Assembly: GCA_011109175.1 (NCBI GenBank)
Contig: RDEW01000050.1
Coordinates: forward strand, 274,694 to 338,693
Direction of reading: 5' to 3'
Length of the DNA: 64,000 bases
Source of the DNA: Dicyema japonicum
Lineage: Eukaryota; Animalia; Dicyemida
The notes below the pieces were generated by a model. It saw nothing but the letters and a program-made list of their open reading frames with translations. It ran no database searches and had not been told where the DNA came from. The position numbers and the translations under genes are program-made. Of the stretch, positions 13,186 to 25,399 are shown in pieces (the first letter of the stretch is position 1; every line of letters starts with the position of its first letter).

Positions 13186-13287
13186 TGGTTCCGAGAACGT
13201 ATCTCGTTGGCTATTGTTAGGGGAAATAGCATGGCCATTCAGATGCCTTAATTTAATTTTTATTCATTTGATAATAATTTTTTTACT
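13186..13287 (+). mobile_element. Extremely 5'-truncated CRE-like insertion with 7-bp TSD
   Basis: Nearly identical to 21027-21135; flanked by acaaagt at 13179-13185 and 13288-13294. Confidence 0.7.
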
Positions 13288-13814
13288 ACAAAGTATGTGA
13301 CAAGTTTTTTAAAGGAGAAAATTTACCAGTTTTAGCAAGCTTTATGATTTACAGTTTTACAGAATTTCCAAAGAGGTTTGTACTGGATCAGAATCGGATT
13401 GAGGTATGAGTGAAGGTCATTTATAACGTTTCTCGTGCGTCTTTAGCGAGGTTTTGTGAGCAAACACTGATTCTGTTATTGCATTTATCGCCCAGCAAAA
13501 ATACCAAACATACAAAGTCTTAAATGAAGTGGAGATGTCATGATTAAAGAGTTTGAGAATCGCTGGAATGCGTCAAGATCAAGGAGTTAGTTAGTCTGGT
13601 TGTTTTTTGGTCTTTGAAATTTTTTTATTATTATCTAATAGATCACCTCCTCGTGGCGAAAATTGGATGTTATGTGCTACATAAAAACTAAAAGATCCCA
13701 CAATTTCTTCCCATGGGATTTTCCCATCAATGAGATACTTTTAAAAGTCCTCAAGGGGCGTTCAGTCACTTCCACGATTCTGCGACGTCGAACCTAACCT
13801 GGGCCCATCGGAAT

Positions 13815-16800
13815 ATCTAACCATTCTACAACTGAACATTAACGCGATCTCTCGAAAAAGAAACGAACTGATGGAATTTTATCCCCTCGAGACGTGGGTT
13901 TTGCATTAATACAGAAAACCGGATTGTTACCACCACGTCTTACTCCTTTATTAAAAGGATACTCATCTATTTGCATAGACTTTCCAAATAGAACGAATAG
14001 GTAGGGGTCACCACATTAATTCGTGACAGTATTCTCTTTCACTAACACAACCAAATCAACACTATCCACATTTCTATCTGATATCACCCACATTTCTATC
14101 TGATACCCATTTTTTTGGTGAGGTGGTGACGTGCCTCGTTTCTTCTCTGTACAACGGTTAAGAAAAATGTCTGAAAAACACTCATCATACAATCGAGAAC
14201 TCAGGCTAATGACGTTCAACGTACGTGGAATATAGAAAGATTGGACAAGGAAAGTACTTTGTGACGATCTCGAGAAATACAAAATATCTATTGGCTGCCT
14301 ACAAGAGACGAAAATCGAAAATGGACGCGATGAGACATGGAAAAACTACCGACTGATTCTTTTTCCAACTGAATCGAAACACTACGGCATGGGATTTGCC
14401 CTACACGTGGATTACCTCAAAAAATTACATCGCTATTGGAGAGTCAACGACCGAATATGTGTCCTACAGGTCAAACTAAATGAACTATGCCCGTCCAAGA
14501 GTCTACTAACCGTCATAAATGTCTATGCACCACACTGTGGACGAGTAATCAAGAACCCCGTAGACTCGAGGAATTCTACTCAGAACTATCAAGCACATAC
14601 TCTAACAATGCTTCCTCGTCTCTTGTCTTTGTTGCGGGAGATATGAATGCAAAGGCCGAAATGCGAATGGGGCCCGAAGAATCCTCTATTGGAAGACACG
14701 GGCGCGGAAGGAGAAATGCATCTGGAGCCTCTCTGGTAAACTTCTGCGAGGCAAATAGCCTTTTCCTGTGCAACACGGCCTTTACGCACTCAGCTTGCCA
14801 CAAGACGACGTGGCACGGACAAAGAAAAAACTCTGTCGGAGAGACCGTGAATATATATAATCAAATCGACTACATTATCTGCCGAAAGTCTGATAAACAC
14901 CTGATAAATGATGCACGTTCCTACCAGGGAACAACAACCGACAGCGACCACAGGATCGTCATTGCAAAACTTTGTGTAAAAAAGCACCTGACTGGGAAAA
15001 AATACATTGAAAACGCGAAGAAGGCGAGACAAAGACCCAATATATACTTTCAGACAGAAAAATTGTGGTTAGAGCCAACTTGTAGAGCTAAATATCACGA
15101 ACAAATCGAGACTCTTATGGTGAAAACCGCACCGGAATCATCAGTACGAACTCTGTGGGATCAAACAAAACAGGCAATCTCCAAGTCGGCCAAAATATGC
15201 CTTGGAGTCCGAAATCATCACGCCCTAAAATTGGATCACCACCCGAACGTGCCAAATATGGCAAAGCATTGCAGAGAGCTACGACTAAAAGCGGCAAACA
15301 CGTCAGACGAGAGTAAAAAAAAGAGCTTAATATCCAACAAAGGGAACTAAAGTGGAAAATCAAAAAGATGAACAGAAAACATTCACGGGAAATTATTACA
15401 TCCCTATTAAAAGATGTGGAATGCTAAAAGACAATTCAAGGATGTATGCGGCTTTGCGGCTGCTGCGGACAAAGAAAGGACAAAACATCCTTCACATCAA
15501 AGACAAAGATGGAAAATTCGTGGGTAACCCGAAAGAAAAAGCAGAATTGATTGCACGACACTTCGAAACACTGTTGAATAAAGAAAATAATGACTTTCCC
15601 CCTTTCCAAGGAAAGCAAAGGCGCTAAAAATCCCAATCACAGTGGAAGAGGTGGAATTAGCGATAAATAAACTGAAGAACAACAAGAGTGCTGGGCCGGA
15701 CAACATAAGCCCTGAGCTCCTAAAATATGGGCCAAAAAAACTTAGCGACACAATTGCAAAAACCCTAAATGCGTCTTTGAAACTAATACCGATCTAGGAC
15801 TTGGAAATGGATTATTAATACCCATACAAAAACCGAACAAATCAAAAGGACCAGTAGAAAATCTCCGCCCGATAATACTTCTGAATTCGATACGCAAGGT
15901 GCTGGCAAACATTGCACTAAGCCGGATAAAGGGTGTGGCGATCTATACCTACCAGCAAGTCAAAGTGGGTTCCGAGAAGGGAGGTCTACGGCAGACATTG
16001 TATGGAGCCACAGATGGCGCTGCGCAACGCACCAAAGATTCAAGAGCGCAACAACCGTGTTGGGAATAGATCTCTCCAGAGCTTTCGACTCAATAAACAG
16101 ACAGAAACTGATGAATGTGCTTGAGCAAATATTGGATGAATCGTCGGTTAGGATAATCAGACTACTACTTGCGAACACAAGACTATCTGTGAGGACAGAA
16201 GGAGCAACTTCCCGCAGTTTCAAAACAACGATTGGGACACCCCAGGGTGATTCCCTCTCCCCTTTACTATTCACCATATACCTTGAATCTGCACTCCGCG
16301 ACCTCCGTAAATGCTATATAGGAGACATAGAAGAGACATCTTATGCGGATGATGTGGATTTTGTATCACGGGATGTGACCGCACTCCAACACCTGCTAGA
16401 AAATGCACCTGCGGAGCTTGAGAAATGGTTTCTCAGCGTAAATGTTAACAAAACTGAAATTACGGAAATCAAAAGAGAAGACGATATTACTCAAGAAAGA
16501 TGGAGACGTACTAATAAGCTCGGCTCTCTACTAGGAGACGCTGAAGATGTACTAAGGAGGAAAACACTGGCAAATGCGGCAATGGCTAAACTGAAGAAAG
16601 GATGGCTAAGGGCCAAAGGACTTGGAATTGACATCAGATGCAGGCTTTACAACGCGTTTGTGAAACCGATCCTACTGTATAACGCTGGGACATGGGGAAG
16701 TTCCTTCAACGAACTATTGAAACTGGATTCGTTCCATAGAAGGCAACTAAGAAGCTTACTCGGAATGGAGTGGCCACGTAGAATATCAACCACTGGTATC

Positions 16801-17520
16801 TACAACAAGTGTATGTGTTCTTACATCAGCAAGGATGTGATAGATGCCCGGTGGAGGCTATTTGGTCATGTACTAAGAATGAACCCGGACGCACCCGCTA
16901 ACAAAGCGATGGAAGATTAATTTGACAGATGCGAAAAACCCTTCCGCGGACGACCTAGATCGACACTTCCGACAGCCCTAAACAAAGACTTAAATCGTGT
17001 GAGAAAAAATCTAAAGACGGGAGACGACCTGGACGAATTGAGATCACTCGCATTCGACAGAGGAAGATGGAAAAGACTAACTATAAATATTGTTTTTTTG
17101 AGTGTTGCACATGCGGGGCTATAATCATTATAGCTTTCGTGAAAGTGCTTTAATAATAATAATACCCATTTGGAGATCATCTTACAATCAAGAACGTGGC
17201 TTACACGATCATCATTCCTATATACTCTCCCTTCTCAAGTTGCTCAAAATGATATCGATCTGATCTCTTTTGAATCTCATCCTGTAGGACATAGTCGTGT
17301 GAGGGGACGTCGATGGGAAACTAGATCAACGAGGAGAGCATATATCGTAGCAGATCGGAAGTCTCGTCATCCTAAATGACCATCTTTAGCGCACACGTAT
17401 AAGCTTTACGACCAGAGGAATTTAACACCTCCCCAGATATCTCCATTTGCTCCCCTAACATCGCTCTCCAGACGTCCTGGTCAGTGATATATGACGTTTC
17501 TTCTCACCACAACCCGAAAC
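13815..17520 (+). mobile_element. Jockey/I-like AP-endonuclease remnant (13815-14112 + 17162-17520) split by the RTE insertion
   Basis: ILQLNINAISRK..GVTTLIRD before the insertion; removing it restores LSDTHLEII; SPDISICSPNIALQTSWSVIYDVSSHHNP follows. Confidence 0.65.
14113..17161 (+). mobile_element. Full-length RTE-clade LINE (3049 bp) with 10-bp TSD and (TAA)n tail; carries a stop and frameshifts
   Basis: ATG at 14167 (MSEKH..TFNVRG..CLQETK); endonuclease NQIDYI, SDHRIV; RT GTPQGDSLSPLLF, YADDV; taataataataa at about 17151-17162; TSD atacccattt at 14103-14112 and 17162-17171. Confidence 0.9.
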
Positions 17521-17539
17521 AAAAGGTCGAGGTGGAAGG

Positions 17540-19100
17540 AGATTGTCTAACGTCTGGACTTTCGGACTAGCCGACCTAGTTTTGGAATACCCTGAAATTC
17601 ATTTTGTCTGGACAGAAACCACAACCTCCCTAATTTCTAACAACAAACTTCAGCATACAAAATCATTTCAAAAACAAGCAGAAAACCTAATGGCCCATTA
17701 CAGCAGAAATATGGCTACATCAAATAGTTTCCGCAAACTGAATCCCCCTTCGTCACTAAGTATTTCTCCAATCACAATTCGCTGGTTGGAGATAGATGCC
17801 TTATTAATCAATACGAAGAGCTCTCCTCAAAAGGCCCAGACGGAATCTGCTATAACATTTAAAAAAGCCAAATGGACTGCGGCCCCTCACGGACAATTAC
17901 CAAGCGTCTTTGAATTCGGGATTTGTGTCTATGCTCTGGAAACAATCCACAATAATCCCGATTCTCCAACCCAAAAAAGGATGCGATCTATCGAATTATT
18001 TCCCTCCACATTACTGCATCAAAAATCCTCGAGAAATACATTCTCAATTTTATATACTAAACCTGTCTTCCTGTCTTCCACTGATATTTTCATCAAAGAA
18101 TATAATTTTCGACTTGCAGCGTAGGGAGGTCGGCCATGAATAGGTTGAATAACAAAGGAGACAAAGGGATCATTGAGGAACACCATTCAGGAGAATCCGC
18201 GAAATAGATTTTGAATGCACCATCCAACTGCTAAGGAAGTTAGCTAACCAGAGTTAAAGCTTTCAGGTATTTTTTGGAAAGATTTCTAAGTAAGAATCAT
18301 CCTTGACACTGATTTGAAAACTTTATGAACGTCAATGGAGCATAGTAGTCTTATGTGTCCCGGCCTGATCGAAAAGCCATATCATATAACGTTAGTCAAG
18401 GATGATAAATGAGTAGAAGTAGACCTCTCTTCTTTAAAACCATGTTGAAATGCCAAGTCCGGGAGAAAATACTTGAATTTTGACAGTACCAATCTTTCCA
18501 GGATTTATGACAACGAAGACAATAACGAGAACGGTCTGTATTAAGACGGATCCTTCCTCAATTTTCCGAGTTTCAAAATTGGACGTAGGTGTCCAAGCTT
18601 CCATAAGGCTGGAATAGAATTTTTGTTAATAGTGGTTGAGTATCGTCGTTAATGCAGCGATTTTATATTTCCAAGATTCTTCTGGGATCATTGGGATTTT
18701 GTTTAGTTTGTTAGAATAAATTGTTTTAATGACATATTTTTCACGTTGTTTTTAGTGAAGTAAATCATATCAGGTTCCCTTTAGGTTTACTGAGATATAA
18801 ATGAGGTACATTGGACTATTTATGGTCCTTGCTCTCTTCCAAACTTCTGCAGTGGATCTATTTCGGTTCAAAGACGAGAGCATATGCATCCATCTCGATT
18901 TTTGTGCTTTGAACTACCTGTTTTTCATTTCAGATCAAACCATCAGCCTGAGCTTATCCTCTGTAGTTAATCGGACAGATTTTTTCAGTCGATTTCTTCC
19001 TTTTAGTAAGGACGACTTAACATATCCATCCCGGGATTTTCAACAATGACACGTGCGAAAGCGTCCGAAAGACACTGATTGAATACAAACACGTGGATTG
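17540..19100 (-). mobile_element. Degraded Jockey/I-like LINE ORF2 (RT region)
   Basis: Minus-strand translation gives LNRNRSTAEVWK (cf. 26190), WKLGH..PI.K..K, GSV..PFS, AFDQAG and GVPQ-like segments; ORF 17543-18124(+) is antisense. Confidence 0.6.
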
Positions 19101-19929
19101 AAACCTTAGTCCAAACCACGTGTAAGTTAATAGAACTCAACAAAGCATCTCCCAATAGCAAGTAGTCATTGATATAGTTAAATATTTGTACAAACTTGTA
19201 TACGTGGTATATGTGATAGAAAGTGACTCTATTTAGTTGGGTGTACTGGGGGTTACCACACTCTCTATCCACTGTTCCACACAGTCCCTACAACTTAGTA
19301 AGTCATCCTACAGTGAGTTACCTTCAACCAATGATCACGTAATGTCCCGTGGTGCACTCTAAGCCTTGTGTGACTTAATCTTAGAGTTATCATGTAGTAG
19401 TGAATAAGTGCACGTGACATGATATTGGTATAACAGTCAACAGTCTCTTCATTATGCTCACTAGTAGTTCGGCACTTACCAACATTGTACCAAAAATTGA
19501 ACAGCTATTTTCTGAAAAGCAGGATCAAAAATCACACTAACTCTAAATATTATGATTTTTTAATTTTGTTAGTTTTTTTATTAAATTGTTTTGTTACATG
19601 TGGTCCCCAGAAAAATTCATTAACAACTGTGTCGTGCCAGAAGGACTCGTCGCCTCACGGGTGGGATCTGTTTGACAAGAATTCGCTGAAAACTCTATCT
19701 TTCGGATTTGAACCTACGAATTTGGCTGTTAAGGAATTGATCTTGTACAAATTTGATATTGAAACTCTAAAACCCATAAAGCACAAGCTTACTCAACCGT
19801 CAAGAAGCATAGATTCATGGAAGATGATAATAAAATTGATTATGTAATCATAAATATAGTATATTTTTTTACATTATCATAAAAAAATAACAATTTTTAA
19901 TTTTCTAATTGTCGAAAAAAATACATTCT

Positions 19930-20300
19930 AAGAATTTCCTGGCCAAAGCACATCTCAAACGGACACCTCTATTCGCATTACAATATTTACCTATTAAACG
20001 GAGAAATAAAAAGTAACAGGCTTATTTGGTCACATCCTAAGAATGGACAGGAATACTCCCGCTAATCTCGTGATGGAACACCACATCTGGGATCGACTTT
20101 CAGGGGAAGACCACGAATTACTCTGCCAACCCTACTATATCAAGACCTAACTACGATTGGGAAAGGGTTGACGTCGGCAGATGATATTGAGCACCTGAGG
20201 GACGTATCGAGGAACAGAGGGAACTGGAATCGATTAACAAAACGCATCTAGAAAAGGGTGGCACAAGCGAGATAACTTTACTAACGTTATTTTGAGGTGT
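19930..20300 (+). mobile_element. RTE LINE 3' fragment
   Basis: LFGHILRMDRNTPAN..RGRPRITLPTLLYQDL..NRGNWNRL. Confidence 0.7.
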
Positions 20301-20500
20301 AAAAATTAAGTAATTTCTAGTGTGAATGAATCAGAGAAAATAACGTAAAACGACTGAACCATTATTAAATTTGTCACTAGTCAAACTTTAATAGACAAGA
20401 CTTTTATAAATAATTTCATAGAGAAATCTTGTAAAGCAAAATGTTTATGTAAATTTTCAATTGGTTAGTAAAACATTAAATTTAATTTATAAAGAATTAT

Positions 20501-20572
20501 GGCCTTATAGCTCAGTGGTAGAGCATTGGTCTTGTAAACCAAGGGTCGAGGGTTCGACTCCCTCTGGGGCCT
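20501..20572 (+). tRNA. trnT: tRNA-Thr(UGU)
   Basis: GGCCTTA/TGGGGCC acceptor stem, TAGCTCAGTGG A-box, anticodon arm ttggt-ctTGTaa-accaa, GGTTCGACTCC T-arm, U discriminator, T-rich terminator downstream. Confidence 0.95.
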
Positions 20573-20608
20573 ATTTTCTTTTATGTTTATTTCTAAAACC
20601 TGATAGTT

Positions 20609-21138
20609 TTTTTTGTGTGGGTCGTTTCCCCAGGCACTCCTGTCTTAACATGACATTAAAGAATTCCCTTGCCTCTGCTGGACACCATTGCCTGTTAGAA
20701 CCTGCTGGTCTTTCCCGAAACGATGGAAAACGCCCTGATGGGATGACGACTTTTCCATTCGTCAACGGATGAAACCTGATCTGGGACGCGACGTGTGTTG
20801 ATACTTATTCCCCGTCTAATTTGGTAGCTTCTGCTTCAGACCCAGGACATGCTTCAAAGCAGGCCGAGGAAAGAAAGAGGAGGAAGTACCAGAGAATTTC
20901 GGGAGAGTATCTTTTTGTTCCATTCGCGGTGGAAACGTCAGGAATTCTTGGCCTCCAAGCAGATGAGTTGGTTCGTAAGATCGGCTCCATGATTCAAGCT
21001 GTGACCAAGGATCCGCGAGAGACTGGTTGGTTCCGAGAAACGTATCTCGTTGGCTATTGTTAGGGGAAATAGCATGGCCATTCAGATGCCTTAATTTAAT
21101 TTTTATTCATTTGATAATAAAATTTCTTTTAACTAAAA
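20609..21138 (+). mobile_element. 5'-truncated CRE-like element with poly(A) and 14-bp TSD
   Basis: GRFPRHSCLN..LEPAGLSRNDGKRPDGMTTFPF..WDATCVD..ERKRRKY..PFAVETSG..VRGNS; A8 tail; aaaacctgatagtt (20595-20608) versus aaaacctaatagtt (21139-21152). Confidence 0.85.
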
Positions 21139-21286
21139 AAAACCTAATAGTTAACAAAATAAATATGTTGGTTATTTGATAGGATTTGATAAAAGAGCAT
21201 CCTTCTAGTATGTTTATTGTCTGAAAAATCACAGTTGATGCATTTCCAGATTTCTGAGAATTTTGTGCATAATCTTGCACTTCCTT

Positions 21287-23233
21287 TTTTTCATAATAAA
21301 AATTTATTAACAATAAAATATTATTTATTAACTATGGGGGAGAGCGGCTGCTGACATCACGGAGTAAGCGTTTCCGCGGACAACTGCGATACCAATTCTT
21401 TGCCTCAGCCAGACCGCTTCCCGCACGCCTTTCTTGCGGTAGGCCAATTTTTCCCCGATTTCCTTTAGGATAAAAGCTGTAATACTTCCGGCCGCACCAG
21501 ACGTCTCGATTGCTACCGGTACAAAACGGTAGCGGTCTCCAATTTCGCTATATTTTTTAATCTTGATTTTCTCGGCCAGATCGGCTGCCGATCCAGCAGA
21601 CTGCGCCGAGCTGAGTATCATCGAGTTCGAGAAAGAATCAACAACAGTGCAGTCCCATACGAGCGATTTTCCCTCAGTGAACGGAAAGATAGTTAACCCA
21701 TCCTGTCTTTTCCCATCTCCGCGGTCCAATCCTACAGGCTCCAGTACTGCCGGGAAGCCTGTCGCTTCAAGAGCTCGCATGACAATGTTGTTCATAGCAG
21801 CATGGCGGGGTGCTCTTCCCGCACTCCTTTTGCATGAGAGCGGGTGCAGCCCTTTGGAATCGACGATCCCTCCACAACGACATTGGTGTTCGACGCAAAC
21901 ATCAACTCCCAGGTGTTGTGCGATCCCAATCCGAATGCAGTCATCGTCAAAAAGGGTCCCCAGGGAGGAACACTGGAGTGCATCCAGCCACGCTCCGCTC
22001 CCATGGTTAGCGGCGAACACGAGGCATGTAAGACGATGCTGGTTGGCCTCAGACTTTAGCACGTCGAAGATATTCTTGGAGTAGATCTCATCCCAGTCAC
22101 GTTGCCTCGAAGGATCGTTCGGCATATCCAAACCAGTTTCACACCATTCGCGACGAGCTTCGTCGAAGACTCTTTCCCAAGAAAGTCCGGTTGTAAAACG
22201 TAGGATTTCTTGGAGCAAAAGGCTTCCACTTGAGAGCGATGACACATATGCTGGAAAGGCGATCTCCAGCGCCGACCTGAGACCCGTTCCTCCGGGCGTG
22301 TAGAAAGCTAGCATTGGTTCCAACTCGGCACATCAAAGTGGATGTTTAGAAGCAATTCAGCTGATTTTATCAATGTCCTATCCAGTGACAGAAGGATGTC
22401 ATGATGTTTGAAGCAGGGAGAACATCGGAGAGCATATAGGAGTTTGGGCAAGCCGATGCTATTTTTCAAAAGGAAGAAAACTGTATGACCATCGAGTAAG
22501 GAGAGTTTCTCCGTGACTCTGGAGAGTTCATCCTCTTTTGTTTGTAGATGGCTCCGCAGTTCCTTTTCGTCAAGTGGGCACCCAAGAAAGTATGTCCGCT
22601 TTCTGGGTACGACAGTAATTCTAGGTAGTACCGAGTTGAAAGACTCGACCACGTTAATGAAATCACTCTTCGAGTATGTGATATTTATTAGCTCCGATTT
22701 CTTTATGTTTATCTCAAGTCCGAGGTTTCGTAGTGCCGGCATGGCATGTGACAGAACGTCGTGTACTTTTCTCACGGCCCTCCAATTGTGGCGTCATCGA
22801 GATACCAAAGGTTAAGTTGTGTGTTTATAGAGCGGACAATTTCATCAATGGCCAGAGCGAAGAGTAGTGGACCAAGTGGGTCTCCTTGTTGAACTCCGGT
22901 CTCCAGTCTCATTCTTGACATATTTCCCGGAAGCACGAATTTGGCGGTAATCTTCCGGAGGACATGGATGTTTATGTCTGAGTAGTTCCAGCACCTCAGG
23001 TGTCGCAGCCATAACAGTTTCGTCGCTGGCGACGACACCCAACGCCGCTTGGACGTCGCCTTCGTCAAAAAGTCACCGCAAGACGAGCAGAAAAGTCCAT
23101 ATTTGCGTGCATTGACAAAACCGCATGTAATGTCCAGTCTCTTGGGTGTAATGTGTGTTGCTCCATTGTATGAACGACGCTCCATGATGATGCAATTACT
23201 CACCACAAGACCACACGTTTTTTTTAATTTTAT
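21287..23233 (-). mobile_element. 5'-truncated CRE-like retrotransposon (RT C-half + zinc knuckle + endonuclease) flanked by a 79-bp direct repeat
   Basis: GVQQGDPLGPLLFAL, WYLDDATIGG, CRCGGIVDSKGLHPLSC, RQDGLTIFPF..WDCT..PVAIETSG; short A tail; direct repeat at 21208-21286 and 23234-23312. Confidence 0.9.
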
Positions 23234-23399
23234 GTATGTTTATTGTCTGAAAAATTACAGTTGGTGCATTTCCAGATTTCTGAGAATTTTTTGCATAATC
23301 TTCCACTTCCTTGTCCGAAATAAAACTTGTATTTTAAATTTTTTTGTTGAAACAGGAATTAAGTCAAAGTTTTGGAAAATTAACATCTAACAGCAAGCC

Positions 23400-23950
23400 T
23401 TTTGTTTTTAAAACACCGAGAGAGCTTGTCTAGAAAAACGATTGACAAGTTCTAGTTCTGATGAAACCTTTGAGATTTTCTTCTCAGCGTTCTCTAACCA
23501 CGTACTCTGCGGCTTAAACATTCACAATAGATAGCATGCCGTCCGATCTCGAGTTCAATGCGTATGGGGAACATAGCCTTAGCCATTGAACTGGTGACCA
23601 GCCTAACAGCATGAAGCTTTCTTCTTTTTTTTACAAGGCAATCATAGCTATAGTGGTCTCTGCAACGGTTTTTATATAAACAGATCACAATTTTCGAATT
23701 AGAGGGCTGTTTTTCAGAATTAGTTTGAAAGTTTCATTATGACGTCTTTAATTTTGTGATTGGCGGTCCTAAATGACGAAACGGCATCCGGTTTGTTAAC
23801 ATAGAGAACCTTGCTTTCCAGTAACTGAAATTCAGTACCGAAAACTCCAGTACCTTTACATGTAATTCGAACCTTCTCTGTCAAATTGAAGCGACATGGA
23901 ACGTTCGCCAGTCTCATTTTTAGCCCAGACTCCTTTCAAAAGTGAAATTT
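23400..23950 (-). mobile_element. Degenerate CR1/L2-group LINE C-terminal fragment
   Basis: FPIRIELEIGRHAIYC resembles the L.IE.GR motif of CR1-group ORF2 ends. Confidence 0.35.
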
Positions 23951-24559
23951 AATATACGAAATTATAAATAAACCGAACATTGTGGTATACGATAAGGAGT
24001 CTGACCGAATCCTTAATCATAGAGGTAGACATACGTCCCAAGACCGTTTACAAACTGTGGAGATAGAGAAAAAAGGAAATATGAAAGCCTTGCACATGAG
24101 ATGGGGCAGATACTTGGTTGAAAGGTCCCCGTTATTCCAATAGTAATGAGGTGGGAAGAAATTGCGACTAAGTATCACAAGGGGTATATAAGACAGTTAG
24201 GGTATCTAGACAGTAGATGAGAAGCTCCAGGCATACCTACAGACCACTGTTTTAAAATGAGCCCTAGAATGTTTTACACTGGAGTACATGCAGCAGAGTC
24301 CGGAAATGCCATATGTGCATAATCTCAATTATACAAAAGTTCTTGGAGCTGTTTCAGCAACCGGAATCAAACCTTCCTTGGGAGAAAGGCGAACAGGCAG
24401 GCGAAGAAGTTTATTAATGATTAAAATAGTTAATTATAGGGTTTCCTGACGTTAACGTCACTTCCCTGACAAATAGCGTCACTTTCTAATCATTAAGATT
24501 GATATAAAAATAAATATATTTTTTGGATAAAAGAACATCTTAAAACTCATAATAAGGTC

Positions 24560-25390
24560 GGATTTTCAGTATCTTAAAGACCAAGACGAGGAAGAGCTGT
24601 TTCAGGATCTTCTATAGAGGCCATCAGAACCAGAAATTGCACTAATGACTATTTTTTCTGGAATGCTAAAAAATAGTGTTATGAAGAGAGAATTGAAGAC
24701 CCGATATTTATAATGCCCGTATTCATCACTATACGGAAATAAAAGAATTTATTGAAATAGCAAACATTCATGTTCCATTACCTGTGATCCTTAAATGTCG
24801 TTCAAAATTGAATTTTTGCAAGAGGGTTAAGTCGAGGTACTCTCATATTTTATTATCCGACAATATCAATTTCCACGTGGAAAATATTGTGTCTCTTATA
24901 ATTAGTAAGAATTATAAAGTAGCATAACAACCATAATTTTGACATTGTCATTCAAGTTGAGTGTGGTCCCTTTCTCCTGACATGCCTCAACCTGACGTTA
25001 AAAATGTACTTTCCTCTAAACACCACTGTTTTTGGAGCCCACTGGTTTCTCCTGAACGATTTAAACACTCGGACTCAAATCAAGACAGCCTGTCTGGTTG
25101 TTCGGAGATGCGAGGAAAATAGAATTTTTATAAATACTTTCCAAGTAGACATCATAGGAGAGATAGTCACGCAGTCAGGGCATCCGCTATATGACCTTTG
25201 CTAATTTTTTCCGTTATCGGATTGTCTATAAAGGACATGCACACAAAAATAAGAAAAAAATAGTGAAGAGCATTCCTTGGTTCTAACAACGATTAGTCAT
25301 AATAACTGTTCTTGACTTAAATAAAGTGTGTGTCCTGCCTGAACAGAGCTATAGCTAATATGGCTCTGCGTATAAGTGCGGTTTTTTATT
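24560..25390 (+). mobile_element. LINE 3' remnant ending in a conserved hairpin tail
   Basis: C-terminal SGHPLYDL at about 25175-25200; tail 25220-25390 is shared with 12896-13070, 49198-49330 and 57841-57910. Confidence 0.5.
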
Positions 25391-25399
25391 TATTGTATG

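Noticed and set aside
13741-13830. HDV-like ribozyme upstream of the RTE
   Set aside because: P1/P2/P3 order cannot be satisfied, and the TSD places the RTE start at 14113, well downstream
17543-18124. 193-aa plus-strand ORF as a gene
   Set aside because: Antisense shadow of a degraded Jockey-like RT; no recognisable motifs
21563-22084. 173-aa ORF, and similar ORFs at 8-268, 38222-38857, 39553-39921 and 45597-45980, as novel proteins
   Set aside because: All are antisense to retrotransposon coding sequence
24447-24460. Perfect 14-bp palindrome TGACGTTAACGTCA
   Set aside because: Single occurrence with no associated gene or element ends
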